Shown: positions 10,501-19,775 of the stretch, in pieces
Layout of the letters: every line of letters starts with the position of its first letter
How positions within the stretch are numbered: position 1 is the stretch's first letter
Assembly (NCBI GenBank): GCA_964291625.2
Contig: OZ220089.1
Coordinates: 1,216,001 to 1,280,000 of the forward strand
Length of the DNA stretch: 64,000 bases
Source: Candidatus Latescibacterota bacterium
Lineage (GTDB): Bacteria; Latescibacterota; UBA2968; UBA8231
Direction: 5' to 3'
Notes under the pieces: model-generated
The model's database searches: none
Told to the model about the DNA's origin: nothing
The model's input: the letters and a program-made list of their open reading frames with translations, nothing else
Translations under genes and position numbers: made by a program

Positions 10501-11207
10501 GGCGGCCGACTCCCTTCGTCGGGGGCTTCCATTCCCTGCGCGTCACCCGGGGCGAGGGTCCCGTGCTGGCTCCCACCCGCTACTTCAACCGAGTCCGCCT
10601 CGACCGTCCCCTGCCCGTCTCCGTCCACGCCGGCCAGCCCCTCCGCGTCAGCGGCGAGGTCTCCGATCCCGGGGCGACCGTGTTGGAGCTCGAGCTGTAT
10701 CCCCTCGACGCAGACGACGAACGCGGGGCCACGCCGGACACCACCCTGACCCTGCCGGTCAAGGCGGGGCGCTTCGACGGCCTGGTGAGTTTCGCGGTCC
10801 CCAGAGGCCGCTACTGGCTGGCCATGAACCTGGGCCCGCCCGGGGACCTGACCTACGTGGGGGCGGTCCCCGTCTTCGAGATCCTGCCGCCGGCGCCCAC
10901 CTCCGTCGAGCCGACGGCCGAGCCCCACGCCTTCGCCCTGCACCCCAACTACCCCAACCCCTTCAACAGCCGCACCCACCTCTCCTTCTCCCTGCCCGAG
11001 GACCAGCCCCACGTCGAGCTGGCCGTCTACGACCTGCTGGGCCAGAAGCTGGCGGTCCTGGCGGCGGGGCCCCGGGACTCCGGGCTGCACTCGGTGGCGT
11101 GGGACGGCCGCGACGACGCGGGACGGCCGATGGCCAGCGGCACCTATCTCTATCGCCTGCGGGCGGGGCCGTACGAAGGGGTGGGCAAGCTGCTGCTGCT
11201 GCGCTGA
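7575..11207 (+). CDS. Secreted HExxH zinc metallopeptidase (M30-like core) with Ig-like repeats and FlgD-Ig/T9SS-like C-terminal domain
   Basis: Signal peptide, DVDGDGRI, LAHEFQH...WLNEGLS and NYPNPFN...WDGRDD CTD. GTG start coupled to the MFS stop (alternative ATG 7596). Confidence 0.8.
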   Translation: MRSARKLMRLSLPAALLLLNPLRVEAEEVSRDHFPGIVLDEPIPTSFETGQALSLSGRVEDDGIGLVSFSFRRADGGRQLFWAWVVEGRFEREVVFPHSAAGEFDLVVEADKGEESLSLLGRFDGLRIDRGRGAIALPRRYFPLVNLDQPLPTRLATGEALHVAGTLEGTSAPAHLLLLVGSDEETYWTFQFLVEEGRFERTIVLPRAAEDAFYLVLYLLPPDEDPVALDGYSHLDITGGAEPVEIPRLFFSGIELDQPQPVRWPVRRPVLLAGEVRPFVRSFWLVLEPLGSGGRRLIFPGVEEGRFRFSVLLRAHESGPVRLSVMLQLRDYTVWPAGEIVIEGVAAPLPDLEVGVLALSLLAGGQGRVPLLNRGGAAVELEAPEVEGPFEVEDHPSTLAPGEAGEIVLNYGGSGGDQGLLTLVSDDPLRPRVSIALSGLEPREAASDLVHLRADASGRIEAGADLEERDLVLALYAAPTGRFDPSRAYDVSLDGSTALARPAVGARPDRRDSVDYRARQLERTLSLRMQQQGRPAAKPAAVHYEVGDSRDFRFTGEGRVPTHSFRATAAAVNDLVVAWIQDDLREDDDNIDAGRMQAIIDQFAEDYPLVVETFGAPSDVDGDGRIAVLVTHLMQDVGAGGQFRASSLVPRRAGGDGNVTDLLWTNPLVPEESYRSLLAHEFQHLINFNQHVLVRQGLSEASWLNEGLSHLAEDLVEEPPNDNYQLVRIFLSEPGAVGLSRGMLTLATRGAAYLFVRSLVDLLGEGVLLRLVQTDRVDRENVEAATGESFADLMARWGAQLYVSGTGLSGHPRLNYSVPSLRPPEGRGFPLPVPVTWRWGEEPPGLGVRPWGLQFLRVTGDGRGTLSLQTEPRARLGAVPLRVPRSAPDASMAADHFAGITLDSTPLLELATGEPLLFEGTTADTVETIHLEFVPEEGGEPQTFFLLVDEGRFARTVFFRHDEAGSYSLNVYVVERRPTPFVGGFHSLRVTRGEGPVLAPTRYFNRVRLDRPLPVSVHAGQPLRVSGEVSDPGATVLELELYPLDADDERGATPDTTLTLPVKAGRFDGLVSFAVPRGRYWLAMNLGPPGDLTYVGAVPVFEILPPAPTSVEPTAEPHAFALHPNYPNPFNSRTHLSFSLPEDQPHVELAVYDLLGQKLAVLAAGPRDSGLHSVAWDGRDDAGRPMASGTYLYRLRAGPYEGVGKLLLLR
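9876..9970 (+). repeat. 95-bp block identical to 13512..13606
   Basis: Base-by-base comparison by eye (CTGCTGCGCCTGGTG...GCTGGGGGGC). Confidence 0.85.
10917..11207 (+). repeat. CTD-coding direct repeat of 14550..14840
   Basis: About 8 mismatches in 291 bp by eye; the last 126 bp are identical. Confidence 0.85.
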
Positions 11208-11231
11208 ACCGATGTCACCAAGGAGATCCCC

Positions 11232-14200
11232 GTGAAGGGAACCCTGCGTCTGGCCCTCCCGATGGTGCTGCTGTTGCTCAACCCCCTCTTGCTGAGGGCC
11301 GACGAGGTGCCGCGGGATTACTTCCCCGGCATCGTTCTGGACGAGCCCATACCCGCCACCTTCGAGACGGGGCAGCCGCTGTCCCTGGCCGGGAGCGTGG
11401 ACGCCGGCATCTACTTCCTTCGCTTCCTCTTCACCCGTGTCGACGGGGCCGAGCAGGAGTTCTGGGACTGGGTCGTCGAGGGCCGTTTCATCCGCGACAT
11501 CGTCTTTCCCCACAGCCTCGACGGAGAGTACAGTCTGCTGGTCGAGGCCGGAAAGGGCCCGGAAGCCCTCACCTCGGAAGCCCTCACCCCCCTGGGGCGT
11601 TTCGAAGGCCTGCGGATAGACCGGGGGCAGGGACCCGTGATGCTGTCGCCGCGCTTCCTCCCCCTGGTGCATCTCGACGAGCCGTTACCGACCCGCCTGG
11701 CTACCGGGGACACCCTGTACGTGGCCGGCACCCTGGAAGGGATCGCCCCGCCCGCCATGCTCCGCTTCCGGTTTCTGTCCGATGCCGGGAACCTGGACTT
11801 CGACATCGTCGCCCAGGAGACCCGCTTCGAGCGGACCCTGCTCCTGCCCCGCGCCGCCGAGGATGCCCATGGTCTGGTCGTGTACCTCGGCCCGTGGGAA
11901 GGGCCCCTGCTAGTCATGGCCTGGTACCTCTTCCTCGATGTCGAGGCCGGGGCCGAACCCGTCGAGGTGCCCCGGCACTTCTTCAACGGGTTTGTCCTCG
12001 ACGAGCCGCTCCCGGTGAAGTGGCCCCTGCACCGTCCGGTGGTCCTCGCCGGCGAGGTCCGCCCCTGGGTACACGCCGCCCGGCTGATTCTCGAGCCGGT
12101 CGAAGGGGAACGCCGCGTGCTCGCCTTCGGCCTGGAGGAGGGACGCTTCCGCTTTCCCGTGCGCCTGACGGCCGACGAGCTGGGCCCGGTGCTGCTGTCC
12201 CTGGCGATCGAGTTCGAGGAAGGGGCGCCCCGGGTCGCCGGCCGCATCGCCATCGAGGGGGTGGATTCGCCCCTCCCGGACCTGGAGGTGGGGGTGCTGG
12301 CCGTCTCCCTGCTGGCCGGACAGGAGACGGCGGTCCCGCTGCGGAACCGGGGAAGCGGCGCCATCGAGCTGGAGCCGCCCCGGGTCGAAGGGCCCTTCCC
12401 GGTCGTGGACTACCCCTCCGTGCTGGAGCCCGGCGAGTCCGGGGAAGTCGTGTTGAGCTACAGCGGCCCGGGGGACGACCGGGGTCTGCTGACCGTGGTC
12501 AGCGACGATCCCTTCCGGCCCCGGGTCTCCGTCGCCCTTTCGGGGCTGGAGCGCAGGGAGGCGTCATCCGACCTGGTGCACCTGCGGGCCGACGCCTCGG
12601 GCCGTCTCGAGGCCGACCTCGATCTCCGGGAGCGGGACGTGGTTCTCGCCCTCTATGCGTCGCCATTGGACGCGCCGGGCCCGGAGGCGCCTTACGACAT
12701 CCTCCTGGGCCGGGCCAGCGGCAAACCCGCGCGGCCCCCGGCGGCCGACCCCCCGGACACCATCGAGCTCGAGGACCGCCGTCTCGAGAAGGAACTGGCC
12801 CTGCGGGTCCAGCAGAGCGGCCCCTGGGCGGGCAAGCCGGCGGCGGTGCAGTACGAGGTCGGGGACCGCCGCTCCTTCCGCCTCGACACCACCCGGGATG
12901 CCCTGGACCAGGACATCGAAGCCCGGGTCGTGGCGGTCAACGAGCGCGCCGTGGCCTTCGTCCAGCAGGACCTGCGGGAGCACCCTCAGAACATCGACGA
13001 GGACGGGATACGGAGGGTGACCGACCAGTTCGCCGAGGACTATCCCATCCTGGTGGAGGCCTTCGGAGCTCCTTCGGACGTCGACGGCGACGGCAGGATC
13101 GCCCTGCTCTTCAGCCACCTGGTGCCCGAGATCGGCCGCGAGGCCTTCTTCAGCGCGGGTGACGTCGTGCCCGCCTGGGTGGGCGGCAACGGCAACATGA
13201 CCGATCTCATCTGGCTGAGCCCGCTGGCGGTTGTCCACCGGGTCCTGCTCGCCCACTACTTCCAGCATCTCATCAATTTCAACCAGCACGCTCTTGTGCG
13301 CCGTTCCGATGTCGAGGAGATCTGGCTCAACGAGGGTCTGTCCCACGTGGCCCAGGACCTGGTAACGCATGAGAACAACAACTACGCCTTTGTGCGCGCC
13401 TATCTGAGGCAGCCGGGAGGAACGGGGTTGAGCACGCCCGGCACCCTGGCCACCCGGGGGGCCGCCTACCTGTTCGTGCGCAGCCTCGTCGATCTCTTCG
13501 GGGAGCGAATCCTGCTGCGCCTGGTGCAGACCGACCGGGTGGACCGCGAGAACGTCGAGGCCGCCACCGGCGAGAGCTTCGCCGACCTGATGGCCCGCTG
13601 GGGGGCGCAGCTCTATCTCAGCGGCACCGGCCGGAGCGGCCATCCGCGCTTCAACTATCGCCTGGCCTCCCTCCATCCGCCGGAAGGCCGGGGATTCCCC
13701 CCGCCCGCCTCGTTGACCTGGCGGCCGGGAGAGGACCCGCCGGCCCTGGCGGTCCAGCCCTGGGGGCTGCAGTTCCTCCGCGTGGCCGGTGACGCCACAA
13801 CCCGTCTGAGCCTGCAGGCCGAGCCGCAGGCCCGCCTGGGCGCCGTGGCCCTGCCGGTGGCCAAGGTCGCGGCCCCGGCCGCCATGGCGGCCGACCACTT
13901 CGCCGGCATCACCTTCGATCCGCCCCTGCCCCTGGAGCTGTCCACCGGGGCGCCGCTCGTCCTCCAGGGAACCACGGCCGACAGCGTCGCCCGGATCCAC
14001 ATGGAGTTCTTCCCCGACGACGGGGGCGAGCCGGGGGAGTACTTCCTCCTCGTCGACGAGGGGAGGTTCTCACGGACGATCTACTTCTACCACGAGGAGG
14101 CCTCGAGCTACTCCCTCCACGTCTACGTCGACAGGCGCCAGCCGACTCCCTTCGCCGGCAGCTTCCACCCCATGCAGATGACCCGGGGTCAGGGCCCCAT

Positions 14201-14840
14201 CCAGGTGCCCACCCGCTACTTCAACAGGGTGCGCCTCGACCGTCCCCTGCCGACCTCCGTCCGCGCCGGTCAGCCCCTTCACTTCAGCGGCGAAGTGACG
14301 GAGCCGGGGGCGACCCGGATGGAGTTGGTCCTGTATCCCCTCGATGGGGTCGAAGTCTCTGCCACCCGCCAGACCGCCGTGACCCTGCCGATCGAGTCGG
14401 GCCGTTTCGACGGCGAGCTGCTCTTTGACGAGGCTCCGACCGGCCCCTACCGGCTGTCGATGTACCTGGGTCCGGCTGGAAGCCTGACCTACGTGGGGGC
14501 CGTGACCCTTTTCGAGATCCTGCCCGTGGCCACGTCCCTTGACCTGGAGGCCGAGCCCCACGCCTTCGCCCTGCACCCCAACTACCCCAACCCCTTCAAC
14601 AGCCGCACCCACCTCTCCTTCTCCCTGCCGGAGGACCAGCCGCAAGTGGAGCTGGCCGTCTACGACCTGCTCGGCCAGAAGCTGGCGGTCCTGGCGGCGG
14701 GCCCTCGGGACGCGGGGCTGCACTCGGTGGCGTGGGACGGCCGCGACGACGCGGGACGGCCGATGGCCAGCGGCACCTATCTCTATCGCCTGCGGGCGGG
14801 GCCGTACGAAGGGGTGGGCAAGCTGCTGCTGCTGCGCTGA
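11232..14840 (+). CDS. Paralog of the upstream secreted metallopeptidase; catalytic Glu replaced (HYFQH)
   Basis: Colinear with 7575..11207 over its full length; LAHYFQH...WLNEGLS; same CTD; AGGAG RBS. Confidence 0.8.
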   Translation: MKGTLRLALPMVLLLLNPLLLRADEVPRDYFPGIVLDEPIPATFETGQPLSLAGSVDAGIYFLRFLFTRVDGAEQEFWDWVVEGRFIRDIVFPHSLDGEYSLLVEAGKGPEALTSEALTPLGRFEGLRIDRGQGPVMLSPRFLPLVHLDEPLPTRLATGDTLYVAGTLEGIAPPAMLRFRFLSDAGNLDFDIVAQETRFERTLLLPRAAEDAHGLVVYLGPWEGPLLVMAWYLFLDVEAGAEPVEVPRHFFNGFVLDEPLPVKWPLHRPVVLAGEVRPWVHAARLILEPVEGERRVLAFGLEEGRFRFPVRLTADELGPVLLSLAIEFEEGAPRVAGRIAIEGVDSPLPDLEVGVLAVSLLAGQETAVPLRNRGSGAIELEPPRVEGPFPVVDYPSVLEPGESGEVVLSYSGPGDDRGLLTVVSDDPFRPRVSVALSGLERREASSDLVHLRADASGRLEADLDLRERDVVLALYASPLDAPGPEAPYDILLGRASGKPARPPAADPPDTIELEDRRLEKELALRVQQSGPWAGKPAAVQYEVGDRRSFRLDTTRDALDQDIEARVVAVNERAVAFVQQDLREHPQNIDEDGIRRVTDQFAEDYPILVEAFGAPSDVDGDGRIALLFSHLVPEIGREAFFSAGDVVPAWVGGNGNMTDLIWLSPLAVVHRVLLAHYFQHLINFNQHALVRRSDVEEIWLNEGLSHVAQDLVTHENNNYAFVRAYLRQPGGTGLSTPGTLATRGAAYLFVRSLVDLFGERILLRLVQTDRVDRENVEAATGESFADLMARWGAQLYLSGTGRSGHPRFNYRLASLHPPEGRGFPPPASLTWRPGEDPPALAVQPWGLQFLRVAGDATTRLSLQAEPQARLGAVALPVAKVAAPAAMAADHFAGITFDPPLPLELSTGAPLVLQGTTADSVARIHMEFFPDDGGEPGEYFLLVDEGRFSRTIYFYHEEASSYSLHVYVDRRQPTPFAGSFHPMQMTRGQGPIQVPTRYFNRVRLDRPLPTSVRAGQPLHFSGEVTEPGATRMELVLYPLDGVEVSATRQTAVTLPIESGRFDGELLFDEAPTGPYRLSMYLGPAGSLTYVGAVTLFEILPVATSLDLEAEPHAFALHPNYPNPFNSRTHLSFSLPEDQPQVELAVYDLLGQKLAVLAAGPRDAGLHSVAWDGRDDAGRPMASGTYLYRLRAGPYEGVGKLLLLR

Positions 14841-14938
14841 AGGGGAGCATGCCTTCCTGGTTGAGGGTATCTGCCCTCCTTGCTATGCTCTTCTCCTCGG
14901 GACGGCCCTCATTCGGACATGTCTCCAGGGAGCGCAGA

Positions 14939-15202
14939 ATGGAACCCTCCGCAACTGTCATAGAGTCCGAGCTCAAGGGCCTCCAGGGGCTCCCCACCCC
15001 CGTCGCTTCGTGGCAGGTGGAGACGGGTCTGGACGCCACGGACGATCCCGCCGTATGGGTATGGGCCATGCTGGAGGAGGAAGATGTCGACAGCGGGACT
15101 CGGGCCCGCCTGCGGGAAATCATTCGGCATGCGGTAAGCCGCCTGGCTCACGATCCGCCCTGGGTCTACGTGCGATTCCGCGGAGCCTCGGAGAGCATTT
15201 AG
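14939..15202 (+). CDS. Small hypothetical protein, possible degenerate MNT-like antitoxin
   Basis: 87 aa, DATDDPAVWVW acidic strand, GGAG RBS, 6 bp upstream of the HEPN-like gene. Confidence 0.55.
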   Translation: MEPSATVIESELKGLQGLPTPVASWQVETGLDATDDPAVWVWAMLEEEDVDSGTRARLREIIRHAVSRLAHDPPWVYVRFRGASESI

Positions 15203-15208
15203 GGCCCG

Positions 15209-15718
15209 ATGAATCTGCATACGGACCTTCTGCGACAAGCTCGACATCTGACCTTCAGGGAGCCGAAGCGGCCTCTGCAGGTCAGTCTGCGTCGCGCAGT
15301 CTCCGCTGCGTACTACGCCATCTTCCACCTTCTGGTCGATGACGCGACGCGTCGCATGTTCCCGGGCAGGAGTCGGGCCTCGCTCCGCAGCTGTCTTGCA
15401 CGGGCATTCGTCCACGGCGACATGAAGAGAGTAGCTCTGCAATTTTCCAGTCAAACCCTCGCGTCAAGGCTCGGCCCCGGGCTGAACGGGGCGACACTCC
15501 AGCCTGAGATCGTCAATGTCGCTACCGCCTTTGTGGACCTTCAACAGGCCCGTCACGAAGCGGATTACGACACGGCTCGCAGGTTCACGAGGGGCGAAGT
15601 GGTCGATCTGTTGGACCAGACGAAAGATGCATTTGCGGACTGGAAGAGGGTCCGAAGGAGCATCCAGGCGGACACCTTCCTCGCAGGCCTGCTGGCCTTC
15701 GCGAACATGCGTGCCTGA
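15209..15718 (+). CDS. HEPN-domain-like protein
   Basis: RRAVSAAYYAIFH and ARHEADYD (Rx4Y-type HEPN signature). Confidence 0.7.
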   Translation: MNLHTDLLRQARHLTFREPKRPLQVSLRRAVSAAYYAIFHLLVDDATRRMFPGRSRASLRSCLARAFVHGDMKRVALQFSSQTLASRLGPGLNGATLQPEIVNVATAFVDLQQARHEADYDTARRFTRGEVVDLLDQTKDAFADWKRVRRSIQADTFLAGLLAFANMRA

Positions 15719-15809
15719 GTAGCCGGGCTGAAGGAGGCGGGCCAGCCCCGGCCTTCGCCCCATCCCAGCTCAGAGACACCCGGACTCGCGTATCTCTGGT
15801 GTTGCGATC

Positions 15810-16598
15810 ATGGACTTCTACGACTCCGCCGCGGACCTCTACGACTCCACCTTCGGGCGGGCCGAGCTGGAGGGCGAGCGCGGCGACGTGGCCTTCTACG
15901 TGGAGGAGGCCCGGCGGGCCGGGGCCCCGGTGCTGGACCTGGCCTGCGGCACCGGGCGGGTCCTGATCCCGATCGCCCATGCGGGGGTGCCGGTGGTGGG
16001 CGTGGACAAGTCGCCGGCGATGCTCTCGGCGGCGCGCAAGAAACTCGCCCGGCTCCCGGAAGCGACGCGGCAGCGCGTCGAGCTGATCGAGGGGGACATG
16101 CGCTCCTTCTCCCTTGGCCGGCGATTCGACCTCGCCATAATCCCCTTCCGCTCCTTCCTGCACCTGATGACCCCGGCCGACCAGCGGCAGGCCCTGGGCC
16201 GCATCCGCGAACACCTGGCCGACGGCGGCCGTCTCGTGTTCAACATCTTCGACCCGCGGCTGGAGATGATCGCCTCCCATCTCGGACAATCCGCCGCCCT
16301 GGAGAAGGAGAGCGAGTTCACCCATCCGGAGACGGGCCGCCAGGTCGTCGAGTGGGTGAGGCGCCGCTTCGACGCGGCCAACCAGACGATCGACGAGGAG
16401 CGGGTCCTCGAGGAGCTGGAGGCAGGGCAGGTCGTGTCCCGAACCCATGCGCCGATCTCCCTGCGCTGGGTCTACCGCTACGAGATGGAGCACCTGCTGG
16501 AGCTGAGCGGCTTCGCCGTGGAGGCCCTCTGCGGCGGCTTCGACCGCGGCCCCTTCCGCCACGGCGGGGAGCAGGTCTGGGTGGCGCGGAGGGCGTGA
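15810..16598 (+). CDS. Class I SAM-dependent methyltransferase
   Basis: VLDLACGTGR, GVDKS and GDMR. Confidence 0.9.
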   Translation: MDFYDSAADLYDSTFGRAELEGERGDVAFYVEEARRAGAPVLDLACGTGRVLIPIAHAGVPVVGVDKSPAMLSAARKKLARLPEATRQRVELIEGDMRSFSLGRRFDLAIIPFRSFLHLMTPADQRQALGRIREHLADGGRLVFNIFDPRLEMIASHLGQSAALEKESEFTHPETGRQVVEWVRRRFDAANQTIDEERVLEELEAGQVVSRTHAPISLRWVYRYEMEHLLELSGFAVEALCGGFDRGPFRHGGEQVWVARRA

Positions 16599-17980
16599 GG
16601 CCTCTCCCCCACCGCGTCAAGGCGGGCTACGGGGCCGCCGATCTGGGCCTGGCCGCCGTCGAGTCGATGGTGCAGGTCTACCTCTTCAAGTTCTACAACG
16701 TCGTCGTCGGTCTGCCCGCCCTCTACACCGGTCTGGCCCTGGCCCTGGCCATCCTCTGGGACGCGGTCAGCGATCCCCTCATGGGCGGCCTCTCCGACCG
16801 CTCCCGCTGGGCCGGCGGCCGCCGGCGGCCCTATCTCGTGCCCGGGGCCGGCCTGCTGGCCGTCTCCTTCCTCTGGATCTTCAACCCTCCGCCCCTCGAC
16901 GGCGACGCCGCCCGCTTCGCCTTCCTCCTCCTCTCCTTCATCCTCCTCAACACCGCCATGACCGTCGTCGGCGTGCCCCACGCGGCCCTGGGGAGCGAGC
17001 TGAGCTTCGACCGCCACGAGCGCACCCAGCTCTTCGCCTACCGGCGGCTCTTCGGCACCGTGGGGGCCCTGGCCGGCCTGTTGCTGCCCGGTCTGCTGAT
17101 GGCCCAGTGGGACGGTCCCGGCGACGGCGCCGACCGAGCCCGCGGCCTGGCCAGCTGGTGGCTGGCGGCTCCCATCGTGGTCTGCGCCTGGGTCACCCTC
17201 CGGGCCACCCGCGGCCTCGATCGATCCGCCGACCATGCCCGGCCCGGTCCCCTCCGTCTCCGGCGCCTCTTCGCCGACCAGGCGGGGGCCCTGGCCAATC
17301 CCTACTTCCGCGTGCTGCTGCTGGCCTTCCTCGTCGCCGCGGTGGCCCGCACCTTCAACGCCTCCATCGCCCTCTACTACTACGAGTACCGCCTGCAGCT
17401 GACCGAGCAGGAGACGATCGCGTGGGTCCTGCTGCCCTTCTTCCTGAGCTTCATCGCCTCCCTGCCGCTGTGGATCCGGGCCGCCCGCCGCTGGGGCAAG
17501 AGGGGGGCCGGGGTCTTCGGCGTCTGCGGCCTGGGGGCCTCCACGGCGGTCGCCTATCCCCTCTTTCCGGTGGGGGAGCTGACGCCGCCGCTGATCTACG
17601 GGATCGCGGGCGGAGGCCTGGCCGGGGCGGTCGTCCTCCTCGACGCCCTGGTGGCCGACACCATCGACTACGACCGGCTCCGGACCGGCCTCGACCGGGA
17701 GGGGCTCTACTTCGGGGTGTGGCGCATGGGGACCAAGCTCGCCCGCGCCCTGGGGCTGGGTCTCAACGGCGTCTGCCTGTGGCTGATCGGATTCTCGGCC
17801 GGGGCGGCCGCCCTGTCGCCGGAGACGGGTTGGCGCCTGGCCCTGCTCTTCGGTCCGGTGGTGGGGGTCCTCTTCGTCGGCGCCGGGCTCGTCCTGCGCT
17901 GCATGCCGCTCACAGACGAGCGGCACCAGCGCATTCAGGAGCTGCTGCGGCGCCGGCGGGAGCGGTCCCCGAAGCGGTAG
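16595..17980 (+). CDS. GPH (MelB-like) MFS transporter
   Basis: [21 protein letters not shown] and [18 protein letters not shown]-coupled start. Confidence 0.88.
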   Translation: MRPLPHRVKAGYGAADLGLAAVESMVQVYLFKFYNVVVGLPALYTGLALALAILWDAVSDPLMGGLSDRSRWAGGRRRPYLVPGAGLLAVSFLWIFNPPPLDGDAARFAFLLLSFILLNTAMTVVGVPHAALGSELSFDRHERTQLFAYRRLFGTVGALAGLLLPGLLMAQWDGPGDGADRARGLASWWLAAPIVVCAWVTLRATRGLDRSADHARPGPLRLRRLFADQAGALANPYFRVLLLAFLVAAVARTFNASIALYYYEYRLQLTEQETIAWVLLPFFLSFIASLPLWIRAARRWGKRGAGVFGVCGLGASTAVAYPLFPVGELTPPLIYGIAGGGLAGAVVLLDALVADTIDYDRLRTGLDREGLYFGVWRMGTKLARALGLGLNGVCLWLIGFSAGAAALSPETGWRLALLFGPVVGVLFVGAGLVLRCMPLTDERHQRIQELLRRRRERSPKR

Positions 17981-18987
17981 TGGGAGACCCACCACTCCTG
18001 CCCGCCCCGGTAGCCCCACAGCTCGGCGCAGGCCATGAAGAACATGCGCCAGCGCCGCAGCCAGCGGCCCCGCTCCGCCGCTCCGTACCGGCCTTCCAGG
18101 ACGGCGAGGGCCTGCGGGCGCCGGGCGTCGAGGTTGGCCAGCCAGTGCTCGGCGGTGCGGGCGTAGTGCCGGCCGTCGACCCGCCACCGCTCCTGAAGGA
18201 CCAGGTCGTCCTGGAAGTGGAGGACCAGGTCGTCGGAGGGCATCATGCCGCCGGTGAAGAAGTGGCGTCCCATCCAGTTGCCGTCTCCCTCGGACTCGAA
18301 GCCGTACGCGTGGCAGCGGTGGACGAAGACGTGGATGAACAGTGAGCCGCCCGGCTCGAGCCAGCCGGCGATGCGCCGCAGCAGCTCGCGGTAGTTGCGC
18401 ATGTGCTCGAACATCTCCACCGAGACCACCCGGTCGTAGCGGCCCGGCGCCGCGAACCGGTTCATGTCCTCGGTGATCACCTCGACGTTGCTCAGACCCA
18501 GGGCCTGGCAGCGCTCTTCGATGAAGCCCCGCTGCAGGGCGGAGTTGGAGACGGCGGTGATGCGGCTGCCGGGATACCGCTCGGCCATCCACAGGGTCAG
18601 GGAGCCCCAGCCGCAGCCCAGCTCCAGCACCCGCTGGCCGTCGTGCAGGTCGGCGCGCCGACAGGTGAGGTCGAGCATGGCCTCCTCGGCCTCGTCGAGA
18701 GTGGCCGTCGCGGACGGGAACCAGCAGCAGCTGTACTTGAGGCGGCGGCCCAGGACCAGCCGGAAGAACTCCGGCGGCAGCTCGTAGTGCTGGTCGTTGG
18801 GGCTCTGCGCATGCAGGGCGACGGGGGCCCGGTCCATCGAGGCGATGAAGCGGTCCAGGGCCGCCTGCTCCGCCTCGCAGTCGGTGCCGCGCTCCCGAAG
18901 CAGCCGCCGGCGGTGGAGGCGGCGGATGCCCCGGCGGACCAGGGCGTCGGGCAGCAGGCCCCGCTCGGCCCAGTCGACGGGGTTCAA
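17935..18987 (-). CDS. Cyclopropane-fatty-acid synthase-like SAM methyltransferase (short type)
   Basis: [33 protein letters not shown] and [12 protein letters not shown] start coupled to the upstream stop. Confidence 0.85.
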   Translation of the reverse strand: MNPVDWAERGLLPDALVRRGIRRLHRRRLLRERGTDCEAEQAALDRFIASMDRAPVALHAQSPNDQHYELPPEFFRLVLGRRLKYSCCWFPSATATLDEAEEAMLDLTCRRADLHDGQRVLELGCGWGSLTLWMAERYPGSRITAVSNSALQRGFIEERCQALGLSNVEVITEDMNRFAAPGRYDRVVSVEMFEHMRNYRELLRRIAGWLEPGGSLFIHVFVHRCHAYGFESEGDGNWMGRHFFTGGMMPSDDLVLHFQDDLVLQERWRVDGRHYARTAEHWLANLDARRPQALAVLEGRYGAAERGRWLRRWRMFFMACAELWGYRGGQEWWVSHYRFGDRSRRRRSSS

Positions 18988-19775
18988 GGCTCCTCCCGCC
19001 GGGGGAACCACGGGAGGAAGGGGCTGGTGGCGCGCTGGTAGCGGCGGTAGTCCTCGCCGCGGGTGACCAGGGCCCGCTTCTCGGTGTAGGGGATGCCGGT
19101 GACGCGGTAGAGGAGGAACAGCATCAGCGGCGGCCCGACCCAGGCCAGCCACGCGACCGGTGACCCGGCTGCCATGGCCGCGTAGGCCCACCAGTGGACC
19201 CACTCGAAGAAGTAGTTGGGGTGCCGCGAGTACCGCCACAGGCCGCGGTCGCAGGTGCGCCCCCGGTTGGCCGCCTGCCCGCGGAAGGCCGCCAGCTGCC
19301 GGTCGGCCGTCCACTCGCCGGCCACGGCCGCCGCCCAGACCAGCAGGCCGGCCGCGTCCCAGGCGGTCCAGCCCGGCTCAACCTTCGCGGCCACGGCGGC
19401 GAAGGGCAGGCCGAATAGGACCACCAGCACCGCCTGGGCCTGGAAGAGCCAGAAGAAGCGGGCCTGGGCCCTGTCGCCCCATTGAGCGCGAAGCATCTGG
19501 TAGCGGCCGTCCTCCTCGCCGGCCCGGAGCACCCGGTCGACCAGATAGGCGGCCAGGCGGAAGGACCACGCCGCCCCCATGAGGCCGACCAGGAGCCGCC
19601 GCGGCCCCCAGCCGTCCCCGGTGAAGGCGGCGGCCACGGCCACCAGTCCGATGCCGGCGGCCCAGCCCACGTCGACGACGCCGGCGTCCCCCCGGCGCCG
19701 CTGCAGCAGGTACAGGGCGGTCATGACGGCCACGGCCGCCGCCAGGCTCCAGGCCAGCAGGACGGGCACGGTCAC
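18984..19775 (-). CDS. DUF1295 / steroid 5-alpha-reductase-like membrane protein
   Basis: EDGRY, ADRQL and [15 protein letters not shown]. Confidence 0.88.
   Translation of the reverse strand: MTVPVLLAWSLAAAVAVMTALYLLQRRRGDAGVVDVGWAAGIGLVAVAAAFTGDGWGPRRLLVGLMGAAWSFRLAAYLVDRVLRAGEEDGRYQMLRAQWGDRAQARFFWLFQAQAVLVVLFGLPFAAVAAKVEPGWTAWDAAGLLVWAAAVAGEWTADRQLAAFRGQAANRGRTCDRGLWRYSRHPNYFFEWVHWWAYAAMAAGSPVAWLAWVGPPLMLFLLYRVTGIPYTEKRALVTRGEDYRRYQRATSPFLPWFPRREEP

Noticed and set aside
11562-11590. Short tandem duplication (EALTSEALT)
   Set aside because: A minor in-frame slippage with no evident function.
5410-14723. Very long antisense and alternative-frame ORFs (e.g. 7044..10007, 5410..7560) and the 1812-aa ORF start at 5769
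   Set aside because: High-GC shadow ORFs with no family motifs. The real peptidase starts at its signal peptide, near 7575-7596.
7575-14840. Diversity-generating retroelement template/variable repeat
   Set aside because: Mismatches are not adenine-specific, both copies are coding, and there is no reverse transcriptase in the window.
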